A stretch of 64,000 bases of DNA from Pirellulales bacterium (GTDB taxonomy: Bacteria; Planctomycetota; Planctomycetia; Pirellulales; PALSA-1355): assembly GCA_963733035.1 (NCBI GenBank), contig CAVTBU010000005.1:2112001-2176000 (forward strand). The letters run 5' to 3'. The position numbers and the translations under genes were made by a program. Shown here in pieces: positions 9,849-19,709 of this stretch (the first letter of the stretch is position 1; each line of letters opens with the position of its first letter). The notes under the pieces were generated by a model. It was not told where the DNA came from, did not search any database, and saw only the letters and a list, made by a program, of their open reading frames with translations.

Positions 9849-11423
9849 ATGGAATTTAAGCCCGGCCACACCGTCGGTATCGATCTCGGCACGACTTTCT
9901 CGACGATGGCTCAGCTCGACAGCGAGGGCAATCCCGTGCCGATTGCCAATGAGGACGACGACGTCGAGACGCCCAGTCTGATTCTGTTGGCCGAGAGTGG
10001 ACACGTGGTTGTCGGCCCCAACCGCCAACGGGCGGCGATGGAAGATCCCGACCACGTCGTCGATCGCGTCAAGCGGCACATGGGCGAGGCGGATTTCAAA
10101 CGCACGTTTGACGGCCGCGAAATTACGCCCGAGTTTCTCTCGGCGTTGATTCTCAAAAAGCTTCGCCAGGACGGCGAAAAACGGATTGGCAAGATCGGCA
10201 ATGCGGTCATCACGGTACCCTATTACTTCAATGATGCCCGCCGTAAGGCCACCGAAGACGCGGGCCGCATTGCCGGCTTGAACGTGATCGACATCATCAA
10301 TGAACCCACCGCCGCCACGCTAACCTACGCCTGGACGCGAGGCGAACTCGGTGCCACCGGAGGCGAACAGAAGCCGCACCTGGCGCTTGTCTACGACCTG
10401 GGGGGCGGCACGTTCGATGTGACAGTTGTGCGCTATACGCCAAGCCATTTCCAGGTGCTGGCAACCGATGGCGACGTTCACCTCGGCGGCATTGACTGGA
10501 ACGACCGCATCGTCGACTTCGTCGCGGAGGAATTCAAAAGCAAGCACGGGCTCGATCCACGTGAGTCGCCGAGCACGTTACAGCTGCTGCGTCACGACGC
10601 CGATCAGGCCAAGATTGCGCTCTCAACCGCCCGAGCGGCGACCGTGCCGTGCCGACACGAAGGGAAAAGCAACAACGTTCAGATCTCGCGCGAACAGTTT
10701 GAGGACCTGACTGCCGATCTGATACAGCGCACCGCGGATACCGCGCTGTTGGTCATCGAACAGGCTGGCCTCCAACCCGAACAACTCGACGCGATCGTAC
10801 TGGTGGGCGGTTCGACTCTGATGCCGAAGGTTGTGCAAATGCTCAAAGATCTGACCGGCAAAGAGCCTTTCCAGGGACTGTCTCCGCACACGGCCGTGGC
10901 TCAGGGCGCAGCAATTCACGCGGCCATCCTGGAAGCAAAATTCCGTGGCGAATCGAGCGGCATGGCCGAGCGCATTCGCAAGCTGCTGGCCAACGTCAAG
11001 CAGGAGGATGTCAACTCGCACGGGCTTGGCGTTATGGCTCGTAATCCCAAAACCGGCAAGACAATCAACCACGTGATGATTCCGCGCAACAGCAAGCTGC
11101 CCATCGAAGTGCATCGCACCTTTGCCACCAGCGAACCCAACCAGCAGCGGGTCACGGTCAAGGTAATTGAAGGCGATGCGCCGGACCCGGCGGCTTGTTC
11201 GCTGGTGGGGAATTGCCGTATCACGGGGCTGCCGAAAGAACTGCCCAAGGGCTCGCCGATCGAAGTGACCTATGCTTTCGACGCCTCTGGCCGCGTGCGC
11301 GTACGAGCCAAGGACAAGACTGGCGGCAAGGAAGCCGAAATTGAAATCGAGCGCAAGGGCGGCCTCGACGCCAAGCAGCTGAATACGTTCACGGCCCTGG
11401 CCGACCAATACCAGGTCGACTAA
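9849..11423 (+). CDS. Hsp70 family protein, atypical (short, no C-terminal lid)
   Basis: GIDLGTT, ITVPYYF, IINEPTAA, DLGGGTFD and LVGGST motifs; ends at about 524 aa. Confidence 0.9.
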   Translation: MEFKPGHTVGIDLGTTFSTMAQLDSEGNPVPIANEDDDVETPSLILLAESGHVVVGPNRQRAAMEDPDHVVDRVKRHMGEADFKRTFDGREITPEFLSALILKKLRQDGEKRIGKIGNAVITVPYYFNDARRKATEDAGRIAGLNVIDIINEPTAATLTYAWTRGELGATGGEQKPHLALVYDLGGGTFDVTVVRYTPSHFQVLATDGDVHLGGIDWNDRIVDFVAEEFKSKHGLDPRESPSTLQLLRHDADQAKIALSTARAATVPCRHEGKSNNVQISREQFEDLTADLIQRTADTALLVIEQAGLQPEQLDAIVLVGGSTLMPKVVQMLKDLTGKEPFQGLSPHTAVAQGAAIHAAILEAKFRGESSGMAERIRKLLANVKQEDVNSHGLGVMARNPKTGKTINHVMIPRNSKLPIEVHRTFATSEPNQQRVTVKVIEGDAPDPAACSLVGNCRITGLPKELPKGSPIEVTYAFDASGRVRVRAKDKTGGKEAEIEIERKGGLDAKQLNTFTALADQYQVD

Positions 11424-11478
11424 AACAATATTCAATGGGATGCAGACCGGCGGGCGACCAAACGCCTCCGACTCCCCC

Positions 11479-11506
11479 TCATCGTTCATTGCTCACCCTT
11501 CATCCT
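11479..11506 (+). repeat. Degenerate 7-nt tandem repeat (TCATCGT TCATTGC TCACCCT TCATCCT)
   Basis: Four heptamers in the intergenic spacer. Confidence 0.5.
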
Positions 11507-11517
11507 TCCGGCATGTC

Positions 11518-12534
11518 ATGACCAAGACGCTCGACGTATATCGCGACTGGCTGAAGATCACCGAAACCGCCCGGCCGCTCAACCACTACCAGTTACTGCG
11601 TCTCAAGCAGTTCGAAGACAACACGGCCAAAGTCCGTGAGCACTATCGGGCCATGAACGCTCACGTCCGTAAATTCGCCGCGGGCGAGTATGCGAAGCAA
11701 TCGCAAGATTTACTGAACGAGTTGGCGAGGGCCATGCTCTGCCTTACCGACAAACAGCGCAAGGCCGAATACGATACGACGCTGGGCCGTAAGAGCGCGG
11801 AAGGCGGTGCCAAGGGGCGCTCCTTTGAGCAGATTCTGCTCGCCAGCAAAATCGTCGATCAAGCCATGCTCGACAAGGCCCGGAACTTTTCCAAGGCCGT
11901 CGGTGTGGACGTTCGCGATGCGCTCGTGCAGCAGAAACTGGCTCGCTACGACGAGGTATTGCCGGCCTACGCCGAATCCATCGGCCTGCCGTATTTGGAT
12001 CTGAAGGACGTGCCGCTAAACGCGCAATTGATCGCCAGCGTGCCGCCGATGATTGCCCGGCAACATTCCTGCGTGCCAGTGTTAATCGACAACAACGAAT
12101 TGCTGATGGCCTCGCCAAACCCATTGGACCCCAACGTCGAAGAGGAATTACGGCTGAGGTTCAGCATGCCCGTGCGCACGGTGCTCTGTACGCCGCGCAA
12201 CGTAAACGACGTGATTGCGAAGTACGTGCCAAAGGACGCCCAAGCGGTCCCGCCCCCCGCGGCGGCAACGGCAACGGCTGCCGCGCCGACGGGAAACGCG
12301 CCGGCCGCCGAGGCTCCTGCTCCAGTTGCTGCCGCCAAACCGACCGGCCCCATGACCGAGGACGAAAAGAAAGAGCGCCAACAGTGGGCGCTTGTCGCAC
12401 TCTTTGGCACGGGCATGGTGCTGACAAATGTCTTGATGTGGGTGGTCGGAATGGGCGGCGTTGTGTCCGTGCTACTGGCCGTCTCCGTCGGCGCTGTCGC
12501 TGGCGGTATCGTTTGGAAAATGAAGTCGCGCTAG
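11518..12534 (+). CDS. J-domain-like plus GspE/PilB N-terminal-like domain membrane protein
   Basis: NHYQLL...LTDKQRKAEYD J-like signature without HPD; IGLPYLDL...ARQHSCVPV...LMASPNPLD resembles the T2SSE N-domain; two C-terminal TM helices. Confidence 0.7.
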   Translation: MTKTLDVYRDWLKITETARPLNHYQLLRLKQFEDNTAKVREHYRAMNAHVRKFAAGEYAKQSQDLLNELARAMLCLTDKQRKAEYDTTLGRKSAEGGAKGRSFEQILLASKIVDQAMLDKARNFSKAVGVDVRDALVQQKLARYDEVLPAYAESIGLPYLDLKDVPLNAQLIASVPPMIARQHSCVPVLIDNNELLMASPNPLDPNVEEELRLRFSMPVRTVLCTPRNVNDVIAKYVPKDAQAVPPPAAATATAAAPTGNAPAAEAPAPVAAAKPTGPMTEDEKKERQQWALVALFGTGMVLTNVLMWVVGMGGVVSVLLAVSVGAVAGGIVWKMKSR

Positions 12535-12554
12535 ACAATGAAGTCGCGCTAGAC
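12519..12554 (+). repeat. Perfect 18-nt tandem duplication (AATGAAGTCGCGCTAGAC x2)
   Basis: Read directly; the first copy spans the stop codon of the upstream gene. Confidence 0.9.
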
Positions 12555-12639
12555 GGTGCCCGGTATCACCTGCGCATGTTCGTTGGATGAACCGGTGGAG
12601 ATCATACCAGGGTTTTGCCGCCCGAATTTGCTGCGTCGC

Positions 12640-13008
12640 TCAACCCAGCACGGATGCAAGTTTCTGGCGCGTCGCCTCGGAGCGCAATTCTGCCTTGCCA
12701 AAGCCAAGCGCGGCGCCGGCAGCCACCGCTTGGGCCTGATACTCCGGATAGTTGCTCACCAACATCACCGCAACGCTTGTCAGTTCCGGATCGGCCTTGA
12801 TCCGGCGGATGATCTCCAGCCCGTCGCTGTAGTCGGCGTCGAGCTTTCGGTTCACCAGTACCAGATCGAATCGGCTTTGCCGCAACAATTCAAGCGTGTC
12901 GGTCAAGTGATGCGCCTGCGACACCTCCGCACCGAGTTCACCCTCGAGGAGATGCTTGATCGCCCAATGATCCGGCCCGCACTGGCCGACGTCGAGTACA
13001 CGTTTCAT
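12640..13008 (-). CDS. Single-domain atypical response regulator (CheY-like)
   Basis: RVLDVG...FDLVLVNRKL...DGLEIIRRIK...VMLVS...GFGK receiver fold. Confidence 0.8.
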   Translation of the reverse strand: MKRVLDVGQCGPDHWAIKHLLEGELGAEVSQAHHLTDTLELLRQSRFDLVLVNRKLDADYSDGLEIIRRIKADPELTSVAVMLVSNYPEYQAQAVAAGAALGFGKAELRSEATRQKLASVLG

Positions 13009-13151
13009 GAAAAATCCCCGCGAGATGATTCCGCGGGGAATCCGTGGTTGTCGTCCTTTGATGCGCAAAGTCCCAGGGAGCGCCCTCGGGTCTTTGCAAA
13101 TGGCGTACCTTTTGGCCGGGAGACCTGCGGCGCTCCGTGGCGGTCAAGATG

Positions 13152-15188
13152 CTACGGACTGTCGTTCTCGGCACTTGCATCTTCGTCTTCGCTGGCGATG
13201 GCGAAAATGTGGTCCTTGTTGGCGATGAACAACGTGTTGTTGGCCACCACCGGTGTGCTGTAGACCGAATTCTCCATCGAGTTTTCGGCCAACAGTTCCA
13301 TCTTCTTGGAGAGCTTGAACACGCAGATGTCGCCATCCTCGTCGCCGACGTAAACCTTGCCCTCGACAATCATGGGAGAACCCCAGGCGGCAGCGAGCAT
13401 GTCGTACGTCCAATAGGGCACGCCTGTCTTGGCGTCCAGGCAATGGAATAGCCCGCTAAAATCGGCCACGTACAGCAGATCGTCCTTGATGGCCGCGGTA
13501 CCGCAGGTACGGTGCATGGTTTCCTCGAACTCGACCTTGTCGTTGCCGTTCGAATCGTAGCTGGCATAATGCCACACGGCGGCGGAATTCGGATTCGGGC
13601 GTGCCACGTCGCCATCCTCCGCCACGACGGCTTGCATCCGCTTGGGCGGAATTGGCTTGGTCAGGTCCTTTACGTTGAATGCCAACTGGGGACTCACGTC
13701 ACCCCGCTTGGTCGGATCGATACACCAAAAGTGCCCGACGCCCTCACCATGTTCCGGGTCCTCGCCCACGCCGATATAGACCAGCCCGTTGTAAACCACC
13801 GGAGTTCCGATGATGTGATTACGATCAGCGCGTCCGCCGAGCACGTACTTTGATTCCTTGGGGTTGGCATCGAACCGCCACAACATCACGGCCTTGCCCT
13901 GAGCGGCGCTCTGGTCTGCATCGAAACTGTAGACCCAACCGTCGCCCGCACCGAAGATCACCTGGTTCACACCACCCAGGTTGGCATAGGCCGGCGACGA
14001 CCATTGGCCGTGCAAAACGTTCTCGCCAGGTGTGTTGTCGGACCACAGCACCTTGCCCGTATTCTTATCGAGCGCCACGAAGCTGGGAGCCGCCGGGGCC
14101 GGCAGATTGACGTGCCCTTCGTCGACGCCGTTCGACGTGTTGACGAACAGCGTGTCGCCCGCGGCTGTCACTGAGCAACTGCACATGTTGTGCTGCGAGA
14201 CGCCCAAGTCCAACATCATATTCAGCCGCCAAATCACGTCGGCTTCGTCTTTGTCGTCGATGTTGAGCACCTTGTAGGCCACCAGCCGCGGTCCCTCGAC
14301 ACGAACGTTGACCTCGCGAGGCGCTCCTCCCGCAGGCGTGAACGTGATCTTAAAGGCCTTTCCGTCGGCGGCCACTTTGGCGTCGCTGGGCAGGACCAGA
14401 CCAGCAGCTTCAGACGCGCTCGCCAGATCGGACGAGATCTTTCCGGCCGCCAGGTCCTTCAAAATACCCGCCACTTTATCGGCAGCAGGGTCTTCGGCGC
14501 GGGCTATCTCCAACAGCCGCACGGGCTCATTCGTGACCGGACCATCATCTTCGCCATCGTAGAAGCCCTGCGTATCGAGGCACAGCACTTCGCCACGATT
14601 GCTCACGTACCAGAGTCGCTCGCCCTCGACCAGCGACGAGGCACAAACGCCCTGCAGCGGCCAGTCGTGTACGCGGCCCGTGGGAAGTTTTTCGTTGGAA
14701 TGCTGCCAGAGAAATTTCCCGCTCTTTTCGTCGAAGCAAAGCAATACACCCAAATCAACCGTCGCCGGATAGCGCTTCAGGTAGCCGGCCCCGTTATTGC
14801 TGCCCACGTATACATGGCCATTGGCAACCACCGGATTGCCGTACGACTGCGAACCGAGCGAGGCGGCCCATTTCACGTTCTCGGATTCGTCTTTGTTCCA
14901 CTCGCCCGTCTTCAGGTCGAATGAGCCGATCGTCCATTCGACCGGAATGTTCTTTCCGTCGGGCGAATTGTTGCGTTTGCTCGAGCCGCCCCATTGGCCC
15001 CAGTCGTGCGGGCCAATACCCTGGGGAGGGTTATCGGCCGCGGGCGTCGCTGGCTTGCTGGGAGCCGCCTTGGCCACGACGGCCACTTTTGTGAGACGCG
15101 GCGCGTCCGCATCCGAGGGCGCGACGGTCAATAGCAAGAGCGCCCCGCTTAACAAAGCAACACACAAAGCTGGGAATGCCATTTTCAT
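13152..15188 (-). CDS. PQQ-binding-like (BamB-type) beta-propeller repeat protein
   Basis: Signal peptide; DWGQWGG, NVKW, repeated LDxxTGKxxW and STPVVAN. Start could be 15221. Confidence 0.85.
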   Translation of the reverse strand: MKMAFPALCVALLSGALLLLTVAPSDADAPRLTKVAVVAKAAPSKPATPAADNPPQGIGPHDWGQWGGSSKRNNSPDGKNIPVEWTIGSFDLKTGEWNKDESENVKWAASLGSQSYGNPVVANGHVYVGSNNGAGYLKRYPATVDLGVLLCFDEKSGKFLWQHSNEKLPTGRVHDWPLQGVCASSLVEGERLWYVSNRGEVLCLDTQGFYDGEDDGPVTNEPVRLLEIARAEDPAADKVAGILKDLAAGKISSDLASASEAAGLVLPSDAKVAADGKAFKITFTPAGGAPREVNVRVEGPRLVAYKVLNIDDKDEADVIWRLNMMLDLGVSQHNMCSCSVTAAGDTLFVNTSNGVDEGHVNLPAPAAPSFVALDKNTGKVLWSDNTPGENVLHGQWSSPAYANLGGVNQVIFGAGDGWVYSFDADQSAAQGKAVMLWRFDANPKESKYVLGGRADRNHIIGTPVVYNGLVYIGVGEDPEHGEGVGHFWCIDPTKRGDVSPQLAFNVKDLTKPIPPKRMQAVVAEDGDVARPNPNSAAVWHYASYDSNGNDKVEFEETMHRTCGTAAIKDDLLYVADFSGLFHCLDAKTGVPYWTYDMLAAAWGSPMIVEGKVYVGDEDGDICVFKLSKKMELLAENSMENSVYSTPVVANNTLFIANKDHIFAIASEDEDASAENDSP

Positions 15189-15314
15189 GCCGTTGGTCTC
15201 TCCGACGTATGGAGTTTTCATCCGTGGCGAAATGCAAAGGCATTCCACCGTTCGCTGTGGGTGACTAGCATTTGCATGCAATCGCCCGAAACGAATCTGC
15301 CAGATTCGGGATGG

Positions 15315-17561
15315 TTACTCGGGTTTGTTTTCAGTTACGGAAATGTTGTCGACGAAGATCTCGGCCGTCTGAGCGTTGCCGAATAGTCCTGGGCTGCCCA
15401 CAAGGTTAGGAGCCTCGTCAACGGCTTCAATTGTCCACTGCTTGGGCTCCGGTTCACCGCGCTTCCAGACCTTGCCTTTGAGCACGGCTTTTCCGCCGGA
15501 GGACTCGGCACGGAGTTTCATCGTGTACCACGTATTTCCGTCCCACTTGAAGGGTACGGATTTCGAGAATCGATCGAGTTGCGAGGTCCACGATCGTATC
15601 TGAATCTGCTGGTGGTCGCCCATCAGGTCCATCGTGTAGCGCTGGGCAATCAAGCCGGTGTCCGGCAACTTGCCGTTGGTCGGCACCCCCAACACATCGG
15701 CCTGAATCGTGTAGTCGTGATGCTGATTCTGCCCCATGATCGCCTGACTGCGGGTGCCCTTGGGAATCGTCGTGACCTTGACCATTACGGGATTTCCATC
15801 GACGTCGCGGACAATATTGCGGTAGCGGGCGCCGACCCAGGTGACCGGCACCTCTCCGCTGGCAAAGTCAAACTTCCAGGGGAAATCAGGGACGACGCGA
15901 ACCCGCGATTGTCCCCGGGCCTCGCCAACTTTAGCTGTAACAATCGTGGCCTTGTGTCCGGCGTCGCTGGCAGCCGTGAAGGTGCCGCCGGGCGTCACTT
16001 CTCCAGGACCGACAAGGGTGAAGTCCGCCTTGTCGGCGTCACGTAGAAATTGACCACGCGCGTTGAACAGTTTGATCGCGAACGTCTGCTTGTCGCCCGG
16101 CTTAAGCAGCGCTTCGGCCGGAATCAATTGCACCTGGGCAACTTCGTCCTCCTGGTTGACGGGCGTTTCCCGCGGTGGGGCCGGCCGCTCGGTGGCGTGC
16201 GGCGTGGCGTTCGGCTTGCCGAGGCAATACAGTCGCGACGTGGTCGGCAGGTAGATGCGGCCATGCGAGACGATCGGCGAACCAGCCACTTCGTCTTCGG
16301 CGTCGAGCCGCATTCGATTGATGAGTTTCGCGCCGCTCTTGGTCGGTTCCAAAACGTGCCAGGCGCTTGTCGTGCACGCGTAAATCTTGCCGTCGGCATA
16401 CAGCGGGCTGGATCGCATGATGGTTCCCACCAGCTTGATCGGCCGCTTGGTCACTGCCTCCCCGGTTTGAGCGTCGAGAATGTGGAGCTTGCCGCCGTCG
16501 TCAAACGCATACAACCGGCCGTCGAGCACCAGCGGCGAACTCTTGCCGATCATCCCGGGCGCCCGCCACACTTGACCCGACTTGCTGATGTCACCCGAAC
16601 CCGCGCCGTCAATGCAGACAATCGATCCCATGGACGCCGCGTTGCCGGCATTTTCTTCGGCTTGTGAGGTGTACACCCGGTTGTCGACGACCACCGGCGA
16701 AATGTTCAGACCGCGGAGCGAGAAGTCGAACGTCCAAATCTCTTTGCCAGTGCGCGGTTGCCAGGCGTGCACTCCGCCGTCGCCCGATCCAAACACGATC
16801 GCCGCCTGGCCATCGAGTACGCATACGGCGGGCGTGCTGTAAGTGGTATCTTCCGGCAGCGGACGCGTGCCGTTGATCCACACGAGCGTGCCGTCTTTCT
16901 TGTCGAACGCCAACAGGCGATGCGTGGGCCGCGCGGTGTCGCCCCAGCCAATGATGACCCCGCCGACAATCACCAGGTCTTCAAAAACGATCGGTGTGGT
17001 GAGGCGTCCGCCGTAGGTCGTGAGGATGCCGTACTCTTCATTGAGCGAGCAGTCCCACAGCGTCTTGCCGGATTCTCCGTCGAGACATTTGAGGAAACCG
17101 CAGGCACCGATCGCATAGACGTTGCCCGTCGTCGGGTCGCCCGCGCAGTTGGCCCAACCGATGCGCTCGGCCGGTACATCGCTCAAGAAAACGTTGTCGC
17201 GGCTCTCCCAGATCTTCTTGCCGGTGGCCGCGTCAACGCAAACGACCTTTTCACAATCTCTTGGCGTGCCGGCGTCGCTGCGAACAATCGTGTACAACTT
17301 GCCGTTCATCACGATCGGCGTCGAAATGCCCGCTAGCTCTTCGCTTCGCCACAAAACATTGCCTTCCGTTCCTTGGGCATTCGGATCCCACTCGTCGATC
17401 AGCCCGGTCTCGCGCGAGATGCCGTTGCCTTCGGGACCACGCCATTGCGGCCAATCGAGCGGATCCGCTGCGGCGCCCATGGCCGCGGACATCCGCCCGC
17501 CGCAGGCAACCAATATGATGACAAGTCCAACTAGTAGCGCGAGGGCACCGTGTCGTTTCAT
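15315..17561 (-). CDS. PQQ-binding-like beta-propeller repeat protein with C-terminal beta-sandwich domain
   Basis: Signal peptide; DWPQWRGPEGNG, repeated DAxTGKxxW and GSPIVSHGRIY. Confidence 0.85.
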   Translation of the reverse strand: MKRHGALALLVGLVIILVACGGRMSAAMGAAADPLDWPQWRGPEGNGISRETGLIDEWDPNAQGTEGNVLWRSEELAGISTPIVMNGKLYTIVRSDAGTPRDCEKVVCVDAATGKKIWESRDNVFLSDVPAERIGWANCAGDPTTGNVYAIGACGFLKCLDGESGKTLWDCSLNEEYGILTTYGGRLTTPIVFEDLVIVGGVIIGWGDTARPTHRLLAFDKKDGTLVWINGTRPLPEDTTYSTPAVCVLDGQAAIVFGSGDGGVHAWQPRTGKEIWTFDFSLRGLNISPVVVDNRVYTSQAEENAGNAASMGSIVCIDGAGSGDISKSGQVWRAPGMIGKSSPLVLDGRLYAFDDGGKLHILDAQTGEAVTKRPIKLVGTIMRSSPLYADGKIYACTTSAWHVLEPTKSGAKLINRMRLDAEDEVAGSPIVSHGRIYLPTTSRLYCLGKPNATPHATERPAPPRETPVNQEDEVAQVQLIPAEALLKPGDKQTFAIKLFNARGQFLRDADKADFTLVGPGEVTPGGTFTAASDAGHKATIVTAKVGEARGQSRVRVVPDFPWKFDFASGEVPVTWVGARYRNIVRDVDGNPVMVKVTTIPKGTRSQAIMGQNQHHDYTIQADVLGVPTNGKLPDTGLIAQRYTMDLMGDHQQIQIRSWTSQLDRFSKSVPFKWDGNTWYTMKLRAESSGGKAVLKGKVWKRGEPEPKQWTIEAVDEAPNLVGSPGLFGNAQTAEIFVDNISVTENKPE

Positions 17562-17817
17562 GTTGTGCTCGGGAAAGGAATGTCGCCTGGGCAAGCGATT
17601 CGGGTGGGAACGATTAGATCGGTCTAGTTTAGGATACGATGGCCCCAGCCGGGCGGCAAGTCGCGGAAAAACCGGGATTTCCGAGTCTTGAAACGCTGCC
17701 TCGCCGGGGGCCTGACAAAACAGCAAGGTCTCCGTTCCGCTCGGTGTTTCTCGGTTTGGGCAAAACCAAACTGCGCTCGGGTGAATCCATGAAATACGTG
17801 GATCGGTTGCGTCGGGT

Positions 17818-18186
17818 TCAATCGAACCACTCGTCGGCTGGGTCGAACTTCGGCTGCACAATCACCAGCACACGCATCGATCCCCTTGCGCGGTGTCGCA
17901 CGCCGGGTGGAATCAGGATGCACATCCCGCCTGTGATCGGCACCTGCTGGCCGTCGAGTTCCATGTGCGCGTCCGGCCCACACTCCAATATGTAGTAAAT
18001 CTCCGTCAGCCGTTTGTGGTAGTGCACTCGGGCATCGGCCGAAATGTCAGTGCGATGCACGGTGCCGGGGTAGTCGACCACGTCGGCAAATGCCCGCCTC
18101 GCCTGACCGCAAGGGCACAAGACTGGCGGGATGTCGTCAAAGTCGACGATTTGGGCGCGGCGTGGGGCTAGAGACCGTTGCGTCAT
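17818..18186 (-). CDS. Cupin domain protein
   Basis: HYHKRLTEIYYIL and LIPPGVRHRA cupin motifs. Confidence 0.85.
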   Translation of the reverse strand: MTQRSLAPRRAQIVDFDDIPPVLCPCGQARRAFADVVDYPGTVHRTDISADARVHYHKRLTEIYYILECGPDAHMELDGQQVPITGGMCILIPPGVRHRARGSMRVLVIVQPKFDPADEWFD

Positions 18187-18477
18187 GGAGCGAGAACGCC
18201 TGGCGGGGTGGTCTGCGCGGAGGCAATTTTGACGGTTGCGAGTAACGACGGCGAAAAGCGTGTTGGTCGACGCTCGACCAGTCCACATGCAGTTCGGCAA
18301 ATGGTTACGCCGCGAAGTTTCCGCAATCGTTTCATTCACCATACCACAGCTCGCTGGCAGGGGCCAACCGGCCGCCAGCGGCATCCTGCAATCGTCAAGG
18401 TTTGACTGCCTTACGCGCGCGGAAATGTCTACGCAATAGTCGTTGTAAACCACTGTCTGAAAAATACTTCTGGTTAC

Positions 18478-18506
18478 TCAAGCGCCGTTTGCCAGCGAGC
18501 CGATAC
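18478..18506 (+). promoter_or_regulatory. Possible sigma28-like promoter (TCAAG-N16-GCCGATAC)
   Basis: Resembles the FliA consensus TAAA-N15-GCCGATAA; lies upstream of the Cys-rich gene. Confidence 0.25.
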
Positions 18507-18834
18507 GGTAGTTGTTACCTGCCGAGGATCGCGTGCCGGAAAAGGCACGTACAAAGGGCGCGTCAGGAAAACCGGATCGGACTTTTCGAGTCAAGGATTG
18601 GCTCGACCGGTCCTGGCGCAATAAACCGTGTGAACTGCTGGTTCCGACCCCACCTAAAACCCTGCCTGACACGATCACCCCAACCGCCCCGCCGAAGGCT
18701 CTCCCTCCTCGAAGCGCCTCGGCTAGGCAGTCGTCCCGCAAGCCCGCGGCAATCCGCCACGGATCGGCGGGGCGTGCAGTGCCAGTCCCCAGGGTGCACG
18801 CTATCCGCAGTTCAAGTAAAGGAGACGTTGCTCG

Positions 18835-19683
18835 ATGAAATGGAACATGGTCTTTGGTGCGCTAGTAGTCAGCGTAGGCCTGTGCAGCCAGAGCTTCGGT
18901 TTCGAGCTCTTGGATCGCATGTTGGGCCTGAACGACTGCGGCTGCAACACCTGTTGCACGTCCTGCGAACCCGCGTGTGGTTGTGACAAGGGTTGCGAAC
19001 CCTCGTGCTGTGCGGCGGCCTGTGAGCCGTCCTGCTGTGCCGCGGCGGCCCCCAGCTGCGGTTGTGCCGCGGCCTGTGAGCCGGCCTGTGGATGCCCGTC
19101 GGCTTGCGACACGTGCTGCGCTAACAAGTGCTGCCACAAGAAGCGTTGCTGCCGTGGCTTGTTCGCTGGTTTGCACGATCACATCTTCGGATGCTGCCAC
19201 AAGAGCTGCTGCAACAGCGGTTGCAACAGCTGTGGCGGTTGTGCGGCTGCTTGCGAACCGGCTTGTGCGGCTCCGGCTGCCTGCGGTTGTGCGGCTGCCT
19301 GCGAACCGGCTTGTGCGGCTCCGGCTGCCTGTGGTTGTGCGGCTGCCTGTGAACCGGCCTGTGGTTGTGCCCCGGCCTGTGGCTCGTGCTGCAAGAAGCA
19401 CTGCCACCACTGTGGTCTGCTCGGCCTCTTCCACTGCCACCGCAAGTGCTGCAAGTCGTCCTGCTGCAACAGCTGTGGCGGATGTGCGGCTGCCTGCGAG
19501 CCGGCTTGTGGTTGCCCGAGCGGTTGTGCGGTTGGCTGTGGCGCCGCCCCCATGGGTGACGCTTCGGCTCCCGCCGACGACGCCGCTCCGATGCCGCCGG
19601 CCCCGACTGCCGACCCCTCGGCTTCGGTGCCCAGCAAGCGTCGCGTGGTTGCCGCTAGCAGCAAGGTCGTTCGCCGCAACTAA
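18835..19683 (+). CDS. Secreted cysteine-rich repeat protein
   Basis: SD AAGGAG, signal peptide, about 60 Cys in 282 aa, eight CEP(A/S)C motifs, followed by a terminator. Confidence 0.85.
   Translation: MKWNMVFGALVVSVGLCSQSFGFELLDRMLGLNDCGCNTCCTSCEPACGCDKGCEPSCCAAACEPSCCAAAAPSCGCAAACEPACGCPSACDTCCANKCCHKKRCCRGLFAGLHDHIFGCCHKSCCNSGCNSCGGCAAACEPACAAPAACGCAAACEPACAAPAACGCAAACEPACGCAPACGSCCKKHCHHCGLLGLFHCHRKCCKSSCCNSCGGCAAACEPACGCPSGCAVGCGAAPMGDASAPADDAAPMPPAPTADPSASVPSKRRVVAASSKVVRRN
19237..19362 (+). repeat. 48-nt in-frame tandem repeat, about 2.6 copies (GCAAACEPACAAPAAC)
   Basis: Units start at 19237, 19285 and 19333. Confidence 0.85.
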
Positions 19684-19709
19684 GCGTCTGCGACAATCTG
19701 TGTGAAACG

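Noticed and set aside
19237..19362. Repeat array as a possible CRISPR
   Set aside because: In-frame coding repeats with no unique spacers and no cas genes.
18835..19683. Cys-rich protein as a RiPP precursor
   Set aside because: It has a Sec-type signal and no adjacent modifying enzymes. The only radical SAM gene in the window is the housekeeping rlmN.
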